Assembly: GCA_965247895.1 (NCBI GenBank) | Contig: OZ252046.1 | Coordinates: 1,975,155 to 2,039,154 of the forward strand | Source: Dehalococcoidia bacterium | GTDB lineage: Bacteria; Chloroflexota; Dehalococcoidia; UBA2979 | Length of the DNA: 64,000 nucleotides | Direction of reading: 5' to 3' | Shown: positions 44,647 through 54,489 of the stretch, piece by piece | How the letters are laid out: each line of letters opens with the position of its first letter | Numbering within the stretch: the stretch's first letter is position 1 | Position numbers and translations under genes: made by a program | Notes under the pieces: generated by a model | What the model saw: the letters and a program-made list of their open reading frames with translations, nothing else | The model's database searches: none | Told to the model about the DNA's origin: nothing

Positions 44647-47600
44647 TCAGTAGTTGCCCAGGAAGACGATCGTCCCCTCGGCCGTCACTGCCGCGGTGTG
44701 GTAGTGCCCGGCGCTCACGTCGATGAAGGAACCCTCGGGCAGTGAGTTGGTATCGAAGGAGTCATCGAGCCAGCACTCCACGGCGCCCCCGGCCGCCGCG
44801 CCGCAGGTGAGAGTCGGCCCCGCAGTCCTGTAGGGAAAGTCCTTGCCCCAGCATCTGATCGAGCCGTCCGCCTTCACGCCGCAAATGTGCGTCTTAGCCG
44901 AGCTGATCGATGTGAACGTGCCAGCGGGAGGCGTGGTCCGGTCGGAAACGTGCGGGGGGCCCCAGCACGAGATGGTGGCGTCGCTTCTCAACCCGCATGA
45001 ATGCGAACCACCAACCGCGACCGCGGTAAACGTCCCGTCCGGGGGCGTGATCCTGTTGCTGTCGTAGATGTCGTAGCCCCAGCATGCGACGGAGCCGTCG
45101 GTCCGCACTGCGCATGAGTGGTCTTCTCCAGCGCTGACGGAGCTGAAGGAGCCGTCCGGCGACGCAGTCCGGCCGTAGGCGCTGCTACCCCAGCATGTCA
45201 GTTCGCCGCTGGTTCTCACCGCGCAGGTGTGTACTTTTCCGGCGCTGATGGAGACGAACGTGCCGTCGGGCTCAGCAGTCTGACCCCTCTTCCCCCAGCA
45301 GTCGACCGAGCCGCCGGTTCTCAGTCCACACGTGTGGTACTGCCCGGCGCTGACGGCCGTGAAGGATCCCCCGGGCGGGGTGGCTTGCCCGATGAACTCG
45401 CCCTCGAGGTTCTGGTCTGAGCCCCAGCACTCGATCGCGCCGTCTGTCATCAGCCCACACGTATGGTGCTCGCCGGCGCTGACGGAGATGAAGGACCGAG
45501 TTGCGGAACCGGCCTCCCGATCCACGGTTCCAGCGGCCGAGTCGCCGGCGGCGGGTGAGCCCGTCGCGGAGAACGAGGGCTTCGACAGGATTGAGTCCAG
45601 GCCCCAGCACGCGACTGTTCCATCGGGTCGGAGGCCGCACGTGTGGCGCCACCCGGAGGTGACCGATGTGAAGGAGCCCCCGGCCGGTTCGGCCAGACCG
45701 CCGGGTTCGAAGTCTCGGGCCTCCTCAAGAGTCCAACACACGACCGAGCTGTCGGTCATGACCCCGCAGGTACCGGCCAGCCCGGCGCTCACGGATGTGA
45801 AGGGGCCGGGATGGAACGTCGTTACCTCGGTGTGGTTGTGAGGCTTCCAGCAAATCACCGAGCCATCCGTGAGCACCCCGCAGGCATGGAAGAACCCGGA
45901 GCTGATGGATATGTATCGACCCTCGGGCGTCTCCTCGGGGTCGGCCGTGTCGAAGCCCCAGCATGCCGTGGAGCCGTCCGCTCTCAATCCGCAGCTGTAG
46001 TTAGCGGCGCTGAGCTCGATGAAGGATCCATCCGGCGGCGACGTCAGGCCGTTCTGATCAGGACCCCAGCAGGTGACCGAGCCGTCTGCCTGGATCCCGC
46101 AGCTGTGAAACCATCCGGCGCTGACGGCCACGAACGAACCCGAGGGCGGCGTTGCCCGCCCCGCGAACTCCCCGTCCCGTCCCTCGTTGGATCCCCAGCA
46201 CAGCACGGAACCGTCGGTCCGCACGCCACAGGAGTGCTGCCGTCCGGCGCTCACGGCCGTGAAGGAACCGCCGGGCGGCGTGGCCTGACCCAGGCGATCA
46301 TCGCCCCAGCATGCGACGGCCCCGTCGGTCCGTACCCCGCAGGTGTGGTAGAACCCCGCGCTCACCGAGGTGAACGACCCGGCAGGCGGCGTGGCCTGCC
46401 CGTAGTCCGCGATGTTCCAGCAAATCAGCGAGTCGTCCGTCCTCACACCGCAGACCTGGTCCGTTCCCGCGCTCACCGAGCGGAAGGGGCCATCGGGAGC
46501 GGTGCCCAGGCGATTGAGGTCGAGCCCACCGCCTTCGGAGGGAACCCAACACGTCACAGAGCCGTCGCTTTGCAGCCCACACGAGTAGAAGTCGCCGGAA
46601 CTGATGGATGTGAACGAACCCGCGAGCGGTGTGTGTGGGCCAAGGTCGTCGCCCCAGCACACGACGGAGCCTTCCGTGTCGAGCGCGCAGGTGTGTCTCT
46701 GCCCGGCGCTGAGGGCCGTGAACGACCCGGTTGTGGGTGCATCGCGCTGGCGGTAGTAGTTGTCTCCCCAGCAGGTGATCGAGCCGTCGCTCCGCAGCCC
46801 GCAGCTATGGATCCACCCGGCGCTGACGGAGGTGAACGTGCCCTCGGGCGCTGACTGCTGCTCTTCGCCCCAACACACGACCCGGCCGTCGCCCCTCACC
46901 CCGCAGGTGTGAGCGTCTCCGGCGGCGATCGCAACAAAAGCCTCGACGGGTGGCGTGGCCTGCCCCTTGAAGTACCCCGCACTGTCGTTCGATCCCCAGC
47001 ATGCGACCGAGCCGTCGGTTTGGATGCCGCAGGTGTGATGGAGCCCGGCGCTGACGGAGACGAAGGAACCGGGCGGCGGGGTGGCCTTGCCGACAAAACC
47101 GCCGTCCTCGTCCAGGTTGGAGCCCCAGCAGATGACCGAGCCATCGGTCTTCACGCCGCACGCGTGATCCCTCCCGACGGTGACGGACGCGATGGACCTT
47201 GCAGTGGGACGAGGCGTAGGCAGGACGCGGGGCGTCGCGGCGGGTTCTGCCGTGGACTCCGGTGCCGCCGTCCCTTCCGGCACGGACCCGACCTGCTGGT
47301 CGCCGCCATCGAGCGTGGCGAGGACGAGCAGCACTACCACCACTATAACCACAACGACCGAGCCGCCCAGCGCCGCGCCCGTCCACACGAGCGGACGCCC
47401 GAGAGATTCGAGCGTCGCAGGCAGAGCGATGAACCCGAGCACGCGCCGGCGCTCGGGACGCCAAGCGGCGAGCTGCTCGCGGTTGTCGAGCTCGAGCTTC
47501 CCGAGCATGTTCGAGATGTGGTACTTGACGGCGTCGAGGCTGACGCCGAGTCGCTCCGCGATCTCGGCGTTCGTGCCGCCCTTGCGCAGCTCGTTGAGCA

Positions 47601-47664
47601 CGCGCTGCTCGGCGGGGGTGAGGATCTCGGGATGGGGTGGGCGTCCCCGCCCTCGGCGTGTCAT
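44647..47664 (-). CDS. membrane-anchored LuxR-family regulator: N-terminal GerE/LuxR HTH, one TM helix, ~22 tandem RCC1-like (RCC1_2-type, ~38 aa) repeats
   Basis: HTH: TPAEQRVLNELRKGGTNAEIAERLGVSLDAVKYHISNMLGKL. TM: VVVVIVVVVLLVLATL. Repeat unit: ATPPxGSFTSVSAGxxHTCGLRTDGSVxCWGxN..GQ, with 114-bp DNA periodicity from ~44700 to ~47200. Confidence 0.7.
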   Translation of the reverse strand: MTRRGRGRPPHPEILTPAEQRVLNELRKGGTNAEIAERLGVSLDAVKYHISNMLGKLELDNREQLAAWRPERRRVLGFIALPATLESLGRPLVWTGAALGGSVVVVIVVVVLLVLATLDGGDQQVGSVPEGTAAPESTAEPAATPRVLPTPRPTARSIASVTVGRDHACGVKTDGSVICWGSNLDEDGGFVGKATPPPGSFVSVSAGLHHTCGIQTDGSVACWGSNDSAGYFKGQATPPVEAFVAIAAGDAHTCGVRGDGRVVCWGEEQQSAPEGTFTSVSAGWIHSCGLRSDGSITCWGDNYYRQRDAPTTGSFTALSAGQRHTCALDTEGSVVCWGDDLGPHTPLAGSFTSISSGDFYSCGLQSDGSVTCWVPSEGGGLDLNRLGTAPDGPFRSVSAGTDQVCGVRTDDSLICWNIADYGQATPPAGSFTSVSAGFYHTCGVRTDGAVACWGDDRLGQATPPGGSFTAVSAGRQHSCGVRTDGSVLCWGSNEGRDGEFAGRATPPSGSFVAVSAGWFHSCGIQADGSVTCWGPDQNGLTSPPDGSFIELSAANYSCGLRADGSTACWGFDTADPEETPEGRYISISSGFFHACGVLTDGSVICWKPHNHTEVTTFHPGPFTSVSAGLAGTCGVMTDSSVVCWTLEEARDFEPGGLAEPAGGSFTSVTSGWRHTCGLRPDGTVACWGLDSILSKPSFSATGSPAAGDSAAGTVDREAGSATRSFISVSAGEHHTCGLMTDGAIECWGSDQNLEGEFIGQATPPGGSFTAVSAGQYHTCGLRTGGSVDCWGKRGQTAEPDGTFVSISAGKVHTCAVRTSGELTCWGSSAYGRTASPDGSFSSVSAGEDHSCAVRTDGSVACWGYDIYDSNRITPPDGTFTAVAVGGSHSCGLRSDATISCWGPPHVSDRTTPPAGTFTSISSAKTHICGVKADGSIRCWGKDFPYRTAGPTLTCGAAAGGAVECWLDDSFDTNSLPEGSFIDVSAGHYHTAAVTAEGTIVFLGNY

Positions 47665-47711
47665 GGGGTAAGCCTAGAACCCCGCGCCGCGATTTTCCCT
47701 ACCCGGCGGGC

Positions 47712-48333
47712 CCCCTCACCCCCGCCCTCTCCCGCAAGGGGAGAGAGACACCCCATGGTGCTAACTGGTCAAGCGGCGAGCTGCTCGCGGTCGTGCCGGT
47801 GCGCCCAGGCGGTGGCCTCGTCGTAGCAGGTGCGGGTCCTGAGGCAGCCGTGGAGGTAGCCGACGAGGCGGTTGGCGAGGGCGCGCAGCGCCTGGTGGTG
47901 CAGGTCGCCGGCGGCTCGCCGCCGCTGGTAGAAGTCGTGGCAGCCCGGGCTCGCCCGCAGCGAGCAGAGCGCCCAGCGGTCCGCGGCGTCGGCGAGCCAG
48001 CGGTTGCGCACGAAGCGGGCGCGCACGGTGCGTTTGCGTCCCGATGCTACGGTCAGCGGCGAGGTGCCGGCGTAGTTCCTGCGGGACTTCGCCGACTCGT
48101 AGCGTTCGGGGTCGTCCCCGAACTCGCCGAGCACGACACCGAGTCCGGGCAGGGAGCGGTAGATCGCGGCGTCCGGGTGCTGCTCAAAATGGCTCGCGAG
48201 CTCGGCCTCGAGCTCCTTGATCTGACGGTTGATCTCGCCGATCTGACCGACCGTGGCGCGCGTGCTCGCGGCGAACGCTCGGCTTACCGCGGGCGGCGCC
48301 CCGAGCTGCGGGGAGCGCAACGCCGCGCGGACC
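47712..48333 (-). mobile_element. truncated, diverged second copy of IS-A (3' ~620 bp only) with the transposase pseudogene 47769-~48333
   Basis: Same right end as the 20337 copy. Encodes the C-terminal ~185 aa of the transposase with small indels relative to the complete copy. Homology stops abruptly at ~48333. Confidence 0.7.
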
Positions 48334-48393
48334 GCGCCGTGTCTTGACCTTCTTGTGCTCGTACTCGACGCTGCCGAACGAACGCTGCTGCAT
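48334..48393 (-). mobile_element. fragment of an IS5-family transposase N-terminus
   Basis: MQQRSFGSVEYEHKKVKTRR matches the conserved IS5-family transposase start (...SF.D.EY..KKK.TRRE.FL...); truncated by the IS-A fragment. Confidence 0.45.
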
Positions 48394-48466
48394 GGGGCGC
48401 CCCTCTCCGGGTCCGCGTCCCATGATCGCATCCGCTCACCCGCTCAGGCGAGTTGTTCAGACCATC

Positions 48467-48658
48467 CCTAATGGAACAGTGCTCTCGGGCACGACACCCC
48501 ATGAGTGCTGCGGACCACCCGGACGTACCAGCCGGGGCACGGTCTCTCCCAAGAGATCCCGAGGTCTCAGGGAGCCACAGTGCTCACCAGCCGGCCGGTC
48601 CGGGACCAGTCTCCCAGATCGCTCCGGGGTTCCGGTCGAACCCCATTAGGGAGCCGGA
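48467..48658 (-). mobile_element. MITE-like internal-deletion derivative of IS-B (left ~45 bp fused to right ~145 bp)
   Basis: 48467-48510 matches 21677-21720 and 48511-48658 matches ~23250-23397; retains the CCTAATGG/CCATTAGG terminal inverted pair. Confidence 0.6.
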
Positions 48659-48680
48659 GGGGAAGTGGGGTCTGCCGGCG

Positions 48681-49571
48681 CTAACCCCGCGCTACCGCGA
48701 CCGCGTACAGCAGCCCCTCCACCTCCCGCGGCGGGAGCGCAGGGCCGGGGGCGAGCAGGCAGTGCGTGACGCCCGCGTCGCCGAGGGCGGACGCGGCTTC
48801 GAGGATGGCGGCGGCGGGCTGCTCCGGGGCGACGGGGAGCGGGGCGCAGATGTCGATCTCGGCGAAGTCGCGGGCGGCGGCCTCGCAGGCCGCGCGGGCT
48901 GCGCCGACCGCCTCGGCGGTGTCGGCAGCCGAGGCGGCGTCGAGGATCAGGCCCGAGCCGCTGGAGGCGAGGCGGGCGAGGGCGCTCGGGCCCTCATCGC
49001 GGACGTAGATCGGCGGGTGCGGCTTGCGCACCGGCTTCGGGTAGGCGCCGATGTAGCCGAAGCGGATGAAGCGGCCCTCGAAGCTGCTCGGGTCGTCACT
49101 CTCGCGCCACAGCTCGCAGCAGATCGCGAGCCACTCGTCGGTCACCTCGGCGCGCGGCTCGTAGTACTCGTCCACGTCGAGCGCGGCGAACTCGCCGCGG
49201 GCGGCGTCCTCGGAGACGCCGAAGAGCAGCCGGCCCTTCGCGATGCAGTCGAGCGTGCTGATCGCCTTCGCGAGGAAGACCGGGTTGCGCAGCGGCAGCA
49301 CACAGTCGAGCGTCCCGATCTCGATGCGCTCGGTCTGCGCCGCGATGCCGCCCAGCAGGGCGATCGGCTCCAGCACCTCCTCGCGCCAGGCGGAGGGCCC
49401 GCCCTCGCCGCGCATCGGCGTCGCGAGGCGGTCGGAGGCCCAGACGGAGTCGAAGCCGAAGCGCTCGGCCGCCTCGGCGAGGGCCACGAGCGCCGAGGCG
49501 TCGAGGGCGCGCGCGGGTCCGGCGGCGTTGGGAAGCAGCAGTCCGAAGCGCATCGGCGTCACCCCGCTCAC
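48681..49571 (-). CDS. LLM-class F420-dependent oxidoreductase
   Basis: LLM motifs (GFDSVWASDRL..., LDCIAKGRLLFGV). Confidence 0.7.
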   Translation of the reverse strand: MSGVTPMRFGLLLPNAAGPARALDASALVALAEAAERFGFDSVWASDRLATPMRGEGGPSAWREEVLEPIALLGGIAAQTERIEIGTLDCVLPLRNPVFLAKAISTLDCIAKGRLLFGVSEDAARGEFAALDVDEYYEPRAEVTDEWLAICCELWRESDDPSSFEGRFIRFGYIGAYPKPVRKPHPPIYVRDEGPSALARLASSGSGLILDAASAADTAEAVGAARAACEAAARDFAEIDICAPLPVAPEQPAAAILEAASALGDAGVTHCLLAPGPALPPREVEGLLYAVAVARG

Positions 49572-49578
49572 CGGCCGC

Positions 49579-50559
49579 TCACGCGAAGGCCGGCAGGATC
49601 TCGTCGGCCATCAACTGGATGCCGCGCATGATCCGCTCGAAGGCGGGCTCGCGGCCCTCGACGCGCGGCAGCGTCATGAAGTGGCGCACGCCGGCCTTCG
49701 CGAACTGGCGCATGTCGGAGACGATCTCGTCCGGCGTGCCGCTGCCGAGCTGCCGTTCGCCGTCGCGGCGGCCGTTCATCTGGAAGCGCAGGCCGTGCGC
49801 GCCGGTCGAGCTGAGCAGCCAGTTCTTGGAGACCTCGATCTCCTCCGGGTCGCGGCCCTCGGCGACGCAGATGCGGCGAAACTCGGCGATGCGCCCGGTC
49901 AGCTCCTCGATCGTGTCGCCGGTGCAGTCGAAGCCCTGGCCGAGGCGCACGGCGCGGCGCATGGCGGCGCGGCTGTGTCCGCCGATCACGATCGGCGGGT
50001 GCGGCTTCTGCAGCGGCTTGGGGTAGGCGCCGACGTTCTCGAAGTTGACGAACTCGCCGTGGAAGCTGGACGGGCCGGTGCTGGTCCACAGCTCCTTGAT
50101 CGCGCGCAGGTACTCGTTGGTGACGGCGCCGCGGCGGGGGAAGTACTCGGGCGGCAGGTTGACCGCCGCGAACTCCTCCTCCATCCAGCCCAACCCCGCC
50201 CCGAGGGCGAGCCGCCCGCCGGAGAGGTGGTCCGTCGTCGCCAGCATCTTCGCGAGCACGACGGGGTGGCGCAGCGGGATGATCAGCACGCCCTGGTGGA
50301 GGATCACGTGCTTCGTGCGCACCGCGAGCGCGTTGAGCAGCGTCAGCGGCTCGTAGACCGGGTACTGCCAGCGCGTCGCGCCGCGGCGGTCGGTGTGGGC
50401 ATCGTCGTAGCCGATCTGCGCCGGCAGCACGACGTGGTCGCCCATCACGAGCGAGTGGTAGCCGAGCGCGTCGGCGGCCTCGCCGATCTCGATGCAGCCC
50501 TGGACGCCCACGCTCTGTCCGAGGTTGCCGACGTTGGAGACGGAGATGCCGAACTTCAC
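49579..50559 (-). CDS. LLM-class F420-dependent oxidoreductase
   Basis: MKFGISVSNVG..., LSGGRLALGAGLGW motifs. Confidence 0.75.
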   Translation of the reverse strand: MKFGISVSNVGNLGQSVGVQGCIEIGEAADALGYHSLVMGDHVVLPAQIGYDDAHTDRRGATRWQYPVYEPLTLLNALAVRTKHVILHQGVLIIPLRHPVVLAKMLATTDHLSGGRLALGAGLGWMEEEFAAVNLPPEYFPRRGAVTNEYLRAIKELWTSTGPSSFHGEFVNFENVGAYPKPLQKPHPPIVIGGHSRAAMRRAVRLGQGFDCTGDTIEELTGRIAEFRRICVAEGRDPEEIEVSKNWLLSSTGAHGLRFQMNGRRDGERQLGSGTPDEIVSDMRQFAKAGVRHFMTLPRVEGREPAFERIMRGIQLMADEILPAFA

Positions 50560-50595
50560 GGGCCGAACCTCACATGCCGCGTCACAGCCCGCACC

Positions 50596-51441
50596 TTACA
50601 CGCCGATCTCGCCGCGCTGGAACGCCTCGATGGTGGCGCGCAGGCCGTCGCGCGTGATGCGGCGGTTCATCTCGTGCACCGCGTCCGAGTGGTGGGCGAT
50701 GACGTTGACCTCGACGGACTGGAGCATCGCCTGGCGGAAGCCGCGCAGTTCCTGGGTGCGGTTGATCGCCCGCTTCTGCAGCGTCAGCAGGTCGCGAGGC
50801 GTGCGCGCCAGCTTTGCCGCGTACTCCTCGACGGCGTCGTCGAGCTCGCCGGCGGGCACGGCGCGGTTGAAAAGGCCGATGCGCACGGCCTCCGTGCCGC
50901 TGATGATCGAGCCGGTGTTGAAGAACAGCTCCTTCGCCTTCTTCGGCCCGATCAGCCACGCCCAGTAGACGGAGTTGAAGCCCGCCCCGAGCGGAAGCTG
51001 CGGCGCGCCCACCCTCGCGTCATCGGCGACGATCGTGACGTCGCAGACGGCGGCGAGCTGGACGGCACGCCCGAGGCAGTAGCCGTGCACCTTCGCGATC
51101 ACCGGCAGCGGCGAATCCCAGATGCGGAAGTAGCGTTGCAGGTTCAGCTCGCGCGCCGCGCGGTCCTCGACGGTCGAGGTGGGAACCGGGTGCCCGGAGG
51201 CCTCGTCGCGCTTGGTGTCGGCGCCGGTGGAGAAGGCACGGCCCGCGCCGGCGATCACGGCGGCGTGGATGCCCTCGTCGGCGGCGGCGCGATCGAGCAG
51301 CGCCAGCAGCTCGTCATCGAGGGCGGGGCTGATCGCGTTGAGGCGGTCCTGGCGGTCGATCGTCAGGCTGGCGACGCGGCCGGCGACCTCGTAGCGGACG
51401 AAGCCCGCGGGCGGCGCGTCCCCGGGAATCGCAGCGCTCAA
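50596..51441 (-). CDS. enoyl-CoA hydratase/isomerase family protein
   Basis: Crotonase motifs (AFSTGADTK, VHGYCLGRAVQLA). Start uncertain: TTG at ~51441 or ATG at 51531. Confidence 0.6.
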   Translation of the reverse strand: MSAAIPGDAPPAGFVRYEVAGRVASLTIDRQDRLNAISPALDDELLALLDRAAADEGIHAAVIAGAGRAFSTGADTKRDEASGHPVPTSTVEDRAARELNLQRYFRIWDSPLPVIAKVHGYCLGRAVQLAAVCDVTIVADDARVGAPQLPLGAGFNSVYWAWLIGPKKAKELFFNTGSIISGTEAVRIGLFNRAVPAGELDDAVEEYAAKLARTPRDLLTLQKRAINRTQELRGFRQAMLQSVEVNVIAHHSDAVHEMNRRITRDGLRATIEAFQRGEIGV

Positions 51442-51488
51442 CCGCGGACCCCTCTCCAAGGCACGTCCCGGTCTGCGATGATAGCGAG

Positions 51489-52055
51489 GTGAGCGACAAC
51501 CTGGTCGGCAAGCTGCTCGTCGCGACGCCACTGCTGCACGATCCGCACTTCGTGCGCAGCGTGGTGTTGGTCTGCCAGCAGAACGACGACGGCTACCTGG
51601 GGCTGATCCTCAACCGCCCGCTGGAGGACACGGTCGCCGAGCACCTGCCGGAGTGGGAGCACCTCGTCTCGGCGCCGGCGCAGATCTTCGAGGGCGGCCC
51701 CGTGCAGCGCGAGGTCGCACTCGCCCTCGGCCGCCGCACGGACGGCGGCGAGGACAGTGGCGACGCGGCTGGCTGGACGGCGATCGGCGGGGAGCTCGGG
51801 CTGCTCGACCTGCGCGGCACGCCCTCGGAGCTGTGGGGCGCGATCGAGCAGCTGCGGATCTTCAGCGGCTACTCCGGCTGGGGCGCCGGGCAGCTCGAGG
51901 GCGAACTGAGCGAGGAGGCCTGGTTCGTCGTCGACGCCGAGCCGGGCGACCCGTTCGCCGAGGACAGCGAGGGGCTATGGCAGCGGGTGCTGCGCCGCCA
52001 GCCGGGCAACCTCTCGATGTTCGCCACGTTCCCGCCAGACCCCTCGCTGAACTGA
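51489..52055 (+). CDS. YqgE/AlgH-family protein (UPF0301/DUF179)
   Basis: LLVATPLLHDPHFVRSVVLVCQQNDDGYLGLILNRP matches the family's N-terminal signature. Confidence 0.7.
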   Translation: MSDNLVGKLLVATPLLHDPHFVRSVVLVCQQNDDGYLGLILNRPLEDTVAEHLPEWEHLVSAPAQIFEGGPVQREVALALGRRTDGGEDSGDAAGWTAIGGELGLLDLRGTPSELWGAIEQLRIFSGYSGWGAGQLEGELSEEAWFVVDAEPGDPFAEDSEGLWQRVLRRQPGNLSMFATFPPDPSLN

Positions 52056-52063
52056 CCCCGCCG

Positions 52064-53272
52064 CTACGAGGCGAGCAGCAGCGGGATGCGCAGCTCCTCC
52101 GGGCGCAGCCCGGAGTGGTGCGAGGCGTGGCGCAGCAGCTCGCGCGCCCCGTTCGTGGGGTGGTAGCCGAGCACATGCGCGCCCCGCGAGATCGCGACGA
52201 AGTCGCCGAGGCGCGCGGCGGTCAGCGGGCTCAGCGGCTCCGGTCCGAGCAGCCGCAGCTCGTCCACCTCCTGCGTCGTCAGCAGCAGGAACGCCTCGCC
52301 GAAGAGCTCTCGGAAGCGAGCGGCGAACGCCTCGGCGGCGCCGGGGCGCACGTGGAAGTGCAGCACGCGCGAGTCGCCGGCGGGCTCGGCGGCGAGCAGC
52401 TCGGGCAGCCCGTCATCCTCGCGGATCAGCAGCAGCTCGTCCGCGCCGACGCCGAGGTGTCCGTGGTCGGCGCTGAGTGCGATCGTCGCCTGGCCGCGCA
52501 GCTCGTGGGCGAGCACCCCGAACAGCCGGTCGATGCCGCGCAGGGCCTGGTCCGCCTCGGCGCTCCACGGGCCGTGCTCGTGGGCGGCCTGGTCGAGGTG
52601 GGGGATGTAGAGGTAGACGAAGCTCGGCCCGTCGGCGCCGAGGACGGCCCCGATGGTCTGCTCCACACCCTCGGCAAGCGTCTCGTAGCCAACCGCGGGC
52701 TCCCCGCCCGTGCCGTAGCGCGAGTAGACGGTGCCGGCGATAGCCGTTGGCACGAGGACCAGCGTATCGCGCGTCATCCTCGGCATCAGCGACGGCAGCG
52801 GGAAGACCTGCTCGGGCCGCACACCGAGGTCGCCGAGCGCGTGGTCGTCGCTGCGGCGGACGTAGGGGAGCACCGTCGCCGGACCGCCGATCTCCTCCAG
52901 ATGCGTCCACCAGCCGGTCACCGCGTGCTGCGCCGGCCACTGGCCGGTCATCAGCGTGGTCAGCGCGACGACCGTCGAGGCCGGGAAGACGGCCCGCAGC
53001 TCCATCGCGAGGTGGTCGCGGAGCACGCTCGCGCCATCGCCGCCCTGCTCGATCATGTCGAGCCCGAGGCCGTCGGCGAGCACGGAGACGATGTGCTCGT
53101 GTTCCTCAAGGCGGTCGGCCATCGCACGCGCGTTCGCGCTGAGCGAGAGGCCGCGCACGCCGCAGGCGGCGCCGAGGGCGCGAGAGAGGTCGAGGAAGTT
53201 CGGGACGTCCGGGTCGGGCCGGAGCAGCTCGCCGCTCTCGAACGCCGCGAGCAGTGCCGGGACATCGCTCAT
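52064..53272 (-). CDS. alkaline-phosphatase-superfamily phosphodiesterase / nucleotide pyrophosphatase-like protein
   Basis: Type-I phosphodiesterase-like metal-ligand blocks (SADHGH, YIPHLDQAAHEHG). Confidence 0.6.
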   Translation of the reverse strand: MSDVPALLAAFESGELLRPDPDVPNFLDLSRALGAACGVRGLSLSANARAMADRLEEHEHIVSVLADGLGLDMIEQGGDGASVLRDHLAMELRAVFPASTVVALTTLMTGQWPAQHAVTGWWTHLEEIGGPATVLPYVRRSDDHALGDLGVRPEQVFPLPSLMPRMTRDTLVLVPTAIAGTVYSRYGTGGEPAVGYETLAEGVEQTIGAVLGADGPSFVYLYIPHLDQAAHEHGPWSAEADQALRGIDRLFGVLAHELRGQATIALSADHGHLGVGADELLLIREDDGLPELLAAEPAGDSRVLHFHVRPGAAEAFAARFRELFGEAFLLLTTQEVDELRLLGPEPLSPLTAARLGDFVAISRGAHVLGYHPTNGARELLRHASHHSGLRPEELRIPLLLAS

Positions 53273-53412
53273 CGGCGCTCCTCCTATCGCCATGATGGCC
53301 TGCGGCGGGAGCGTTGAACAGCAGCCGCGCGATCGGCGGCGCGCACCCGCCGCTCAAGGCTCGCTGCGGCTATGCTGGCCGTCGCGATCCGGGCGGCGAC
53401 GAGGAGGGCGAC

Positions 53413-54489
53413 ATGCTGAAACTGGCGATCTCGTGCGGCGGCGCGACCTACGCGATTCAGGACTTCGATGAGTCGACGGTCTACGCGCAGGAGGCGGAGA
53501 AGATCGGCATCGACACGATCTGGACCGCCGAGGCCTGGATCCACGACGCGATCACGCCCCTCGCCTACCTCGCGGGCAAGACGGAGAAGGTACGGCTGGG
53601 TACCGGGATCATGCAGGTCGGCGCGCGCACGCCGGCGATGGCCGCGATGACTGCGATGACGATGACGCGGCTGACCGGCGGGCGTTTCATCATGGGCCTG
53701 GGCACGTCCGGGCCGCAGGTCATCGAGGGCTGGCACGGCATCCCCTTCGCGCGCCCGGTCGCGCGCACGCGTGAGTACATCGAGGTGGTCCGGCGCGCGG
53801 TCAGCGGGGAGCCGCTGGAGTACCAGGGCGAGTTCTACACGCTGCCGCTGCCCGGCGGAGACGGCAAGGCGCTGCGCCCGACCGGTGCGGCGACGCCCGA
53901 CGTGCCGATCTGGATCGCCTCGATCGGACCTCGCAACCTGGAGCTGACCGGCGAGCTGGCGGACGGCTGGCTGGGCACGGTCTTCATCCCGGAGGAGGCG
54001 GAGCTGTTCTTCTCCCACATCCGCACCGGCGCGGAGCGCGCGGGGCGCGACTTCGACGCGATCGAGAAGCAGACCGGCGCGAGCGTCTGGTTCACCGAGG
54101 ACGAAGAGGAGCTGGACCAGGCGCTGAAGGCGCTGAGTGTCGGCGTCGCATTCAGCCTCGGAGGGATGGGCTCACGCCGCTACAACTTCTACAACCGCGC
54201 CTACGGCCGCCAGGGCTACGCCGAGGAGGCGAAGCTGGTGCAGGACCTCTGGCTCGACGGCCGGCGCGACGAGGCGCGCGCGGCCGTGCCGCCGGAGCTG
54301 GCGGGCAAGGTCAACCTCGTCGGCGACGACGCGATGGTGAAGGAACGGCTGCGCCTCTACGACGAGATCGGGATTGACATGATCTTCGTGTCGCCGCACG
54401 GCGACACGATCGAGGAGCGCCTCGAGACCCTGGGGCGCACGATGGACCTCGTGAACGCGGTCAACGCGGAGGCCGCGGCGGCGAACTAG
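53413..54489 (+). CDS. LLM-class F420-dependent oxidoreductase
   Basis: ATG at 53413 in ORF 53314-54489; LLM motifs (GIDTIWTAEAW, LTGGRFIMGLGTSG). Confidence 0.75.
   Translation: MLKLAISCGGATYAIQDFDESTVYAQEAEKIGIDTIWTAEAWIHDAITPLAYLAGKTEKVRLGTGIMQVGARTPAMAAMTAMTMTRLTGGRFIMGLGTSGPQVIEGWHGIPFARPVARTREYIEVVRRAVSGEPLEYQGEFYTLPLPGGDGKALRPTGAATPDVPIWIASIGPRNLELTGELADGWLGTVFIPEEAELFFSHIRTGAERAGRDFDAIEKQTGASVWFTEDEEELDQALKALSVGVAFSLGGMGSRRYNFYNRAYGRQGYAEEAKLVQDLWLDGRRDEARAAVPPELAGKVNLVGDDAMVKERLRLYDEIGIDMIFVSPHGDTIEERLETLGRTMDLVNAVNAEAAAAN

Noticed and set aside
44700-47200. Strict 114-bp periodicity that could be mistaken for a CRISPR-like or satellite array
   Set aside because: The repeats are in-frame coding repeats (38-aa RCC1-like units) of a single long ORF. 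There are no unique spacers, no leader and no cas genes.
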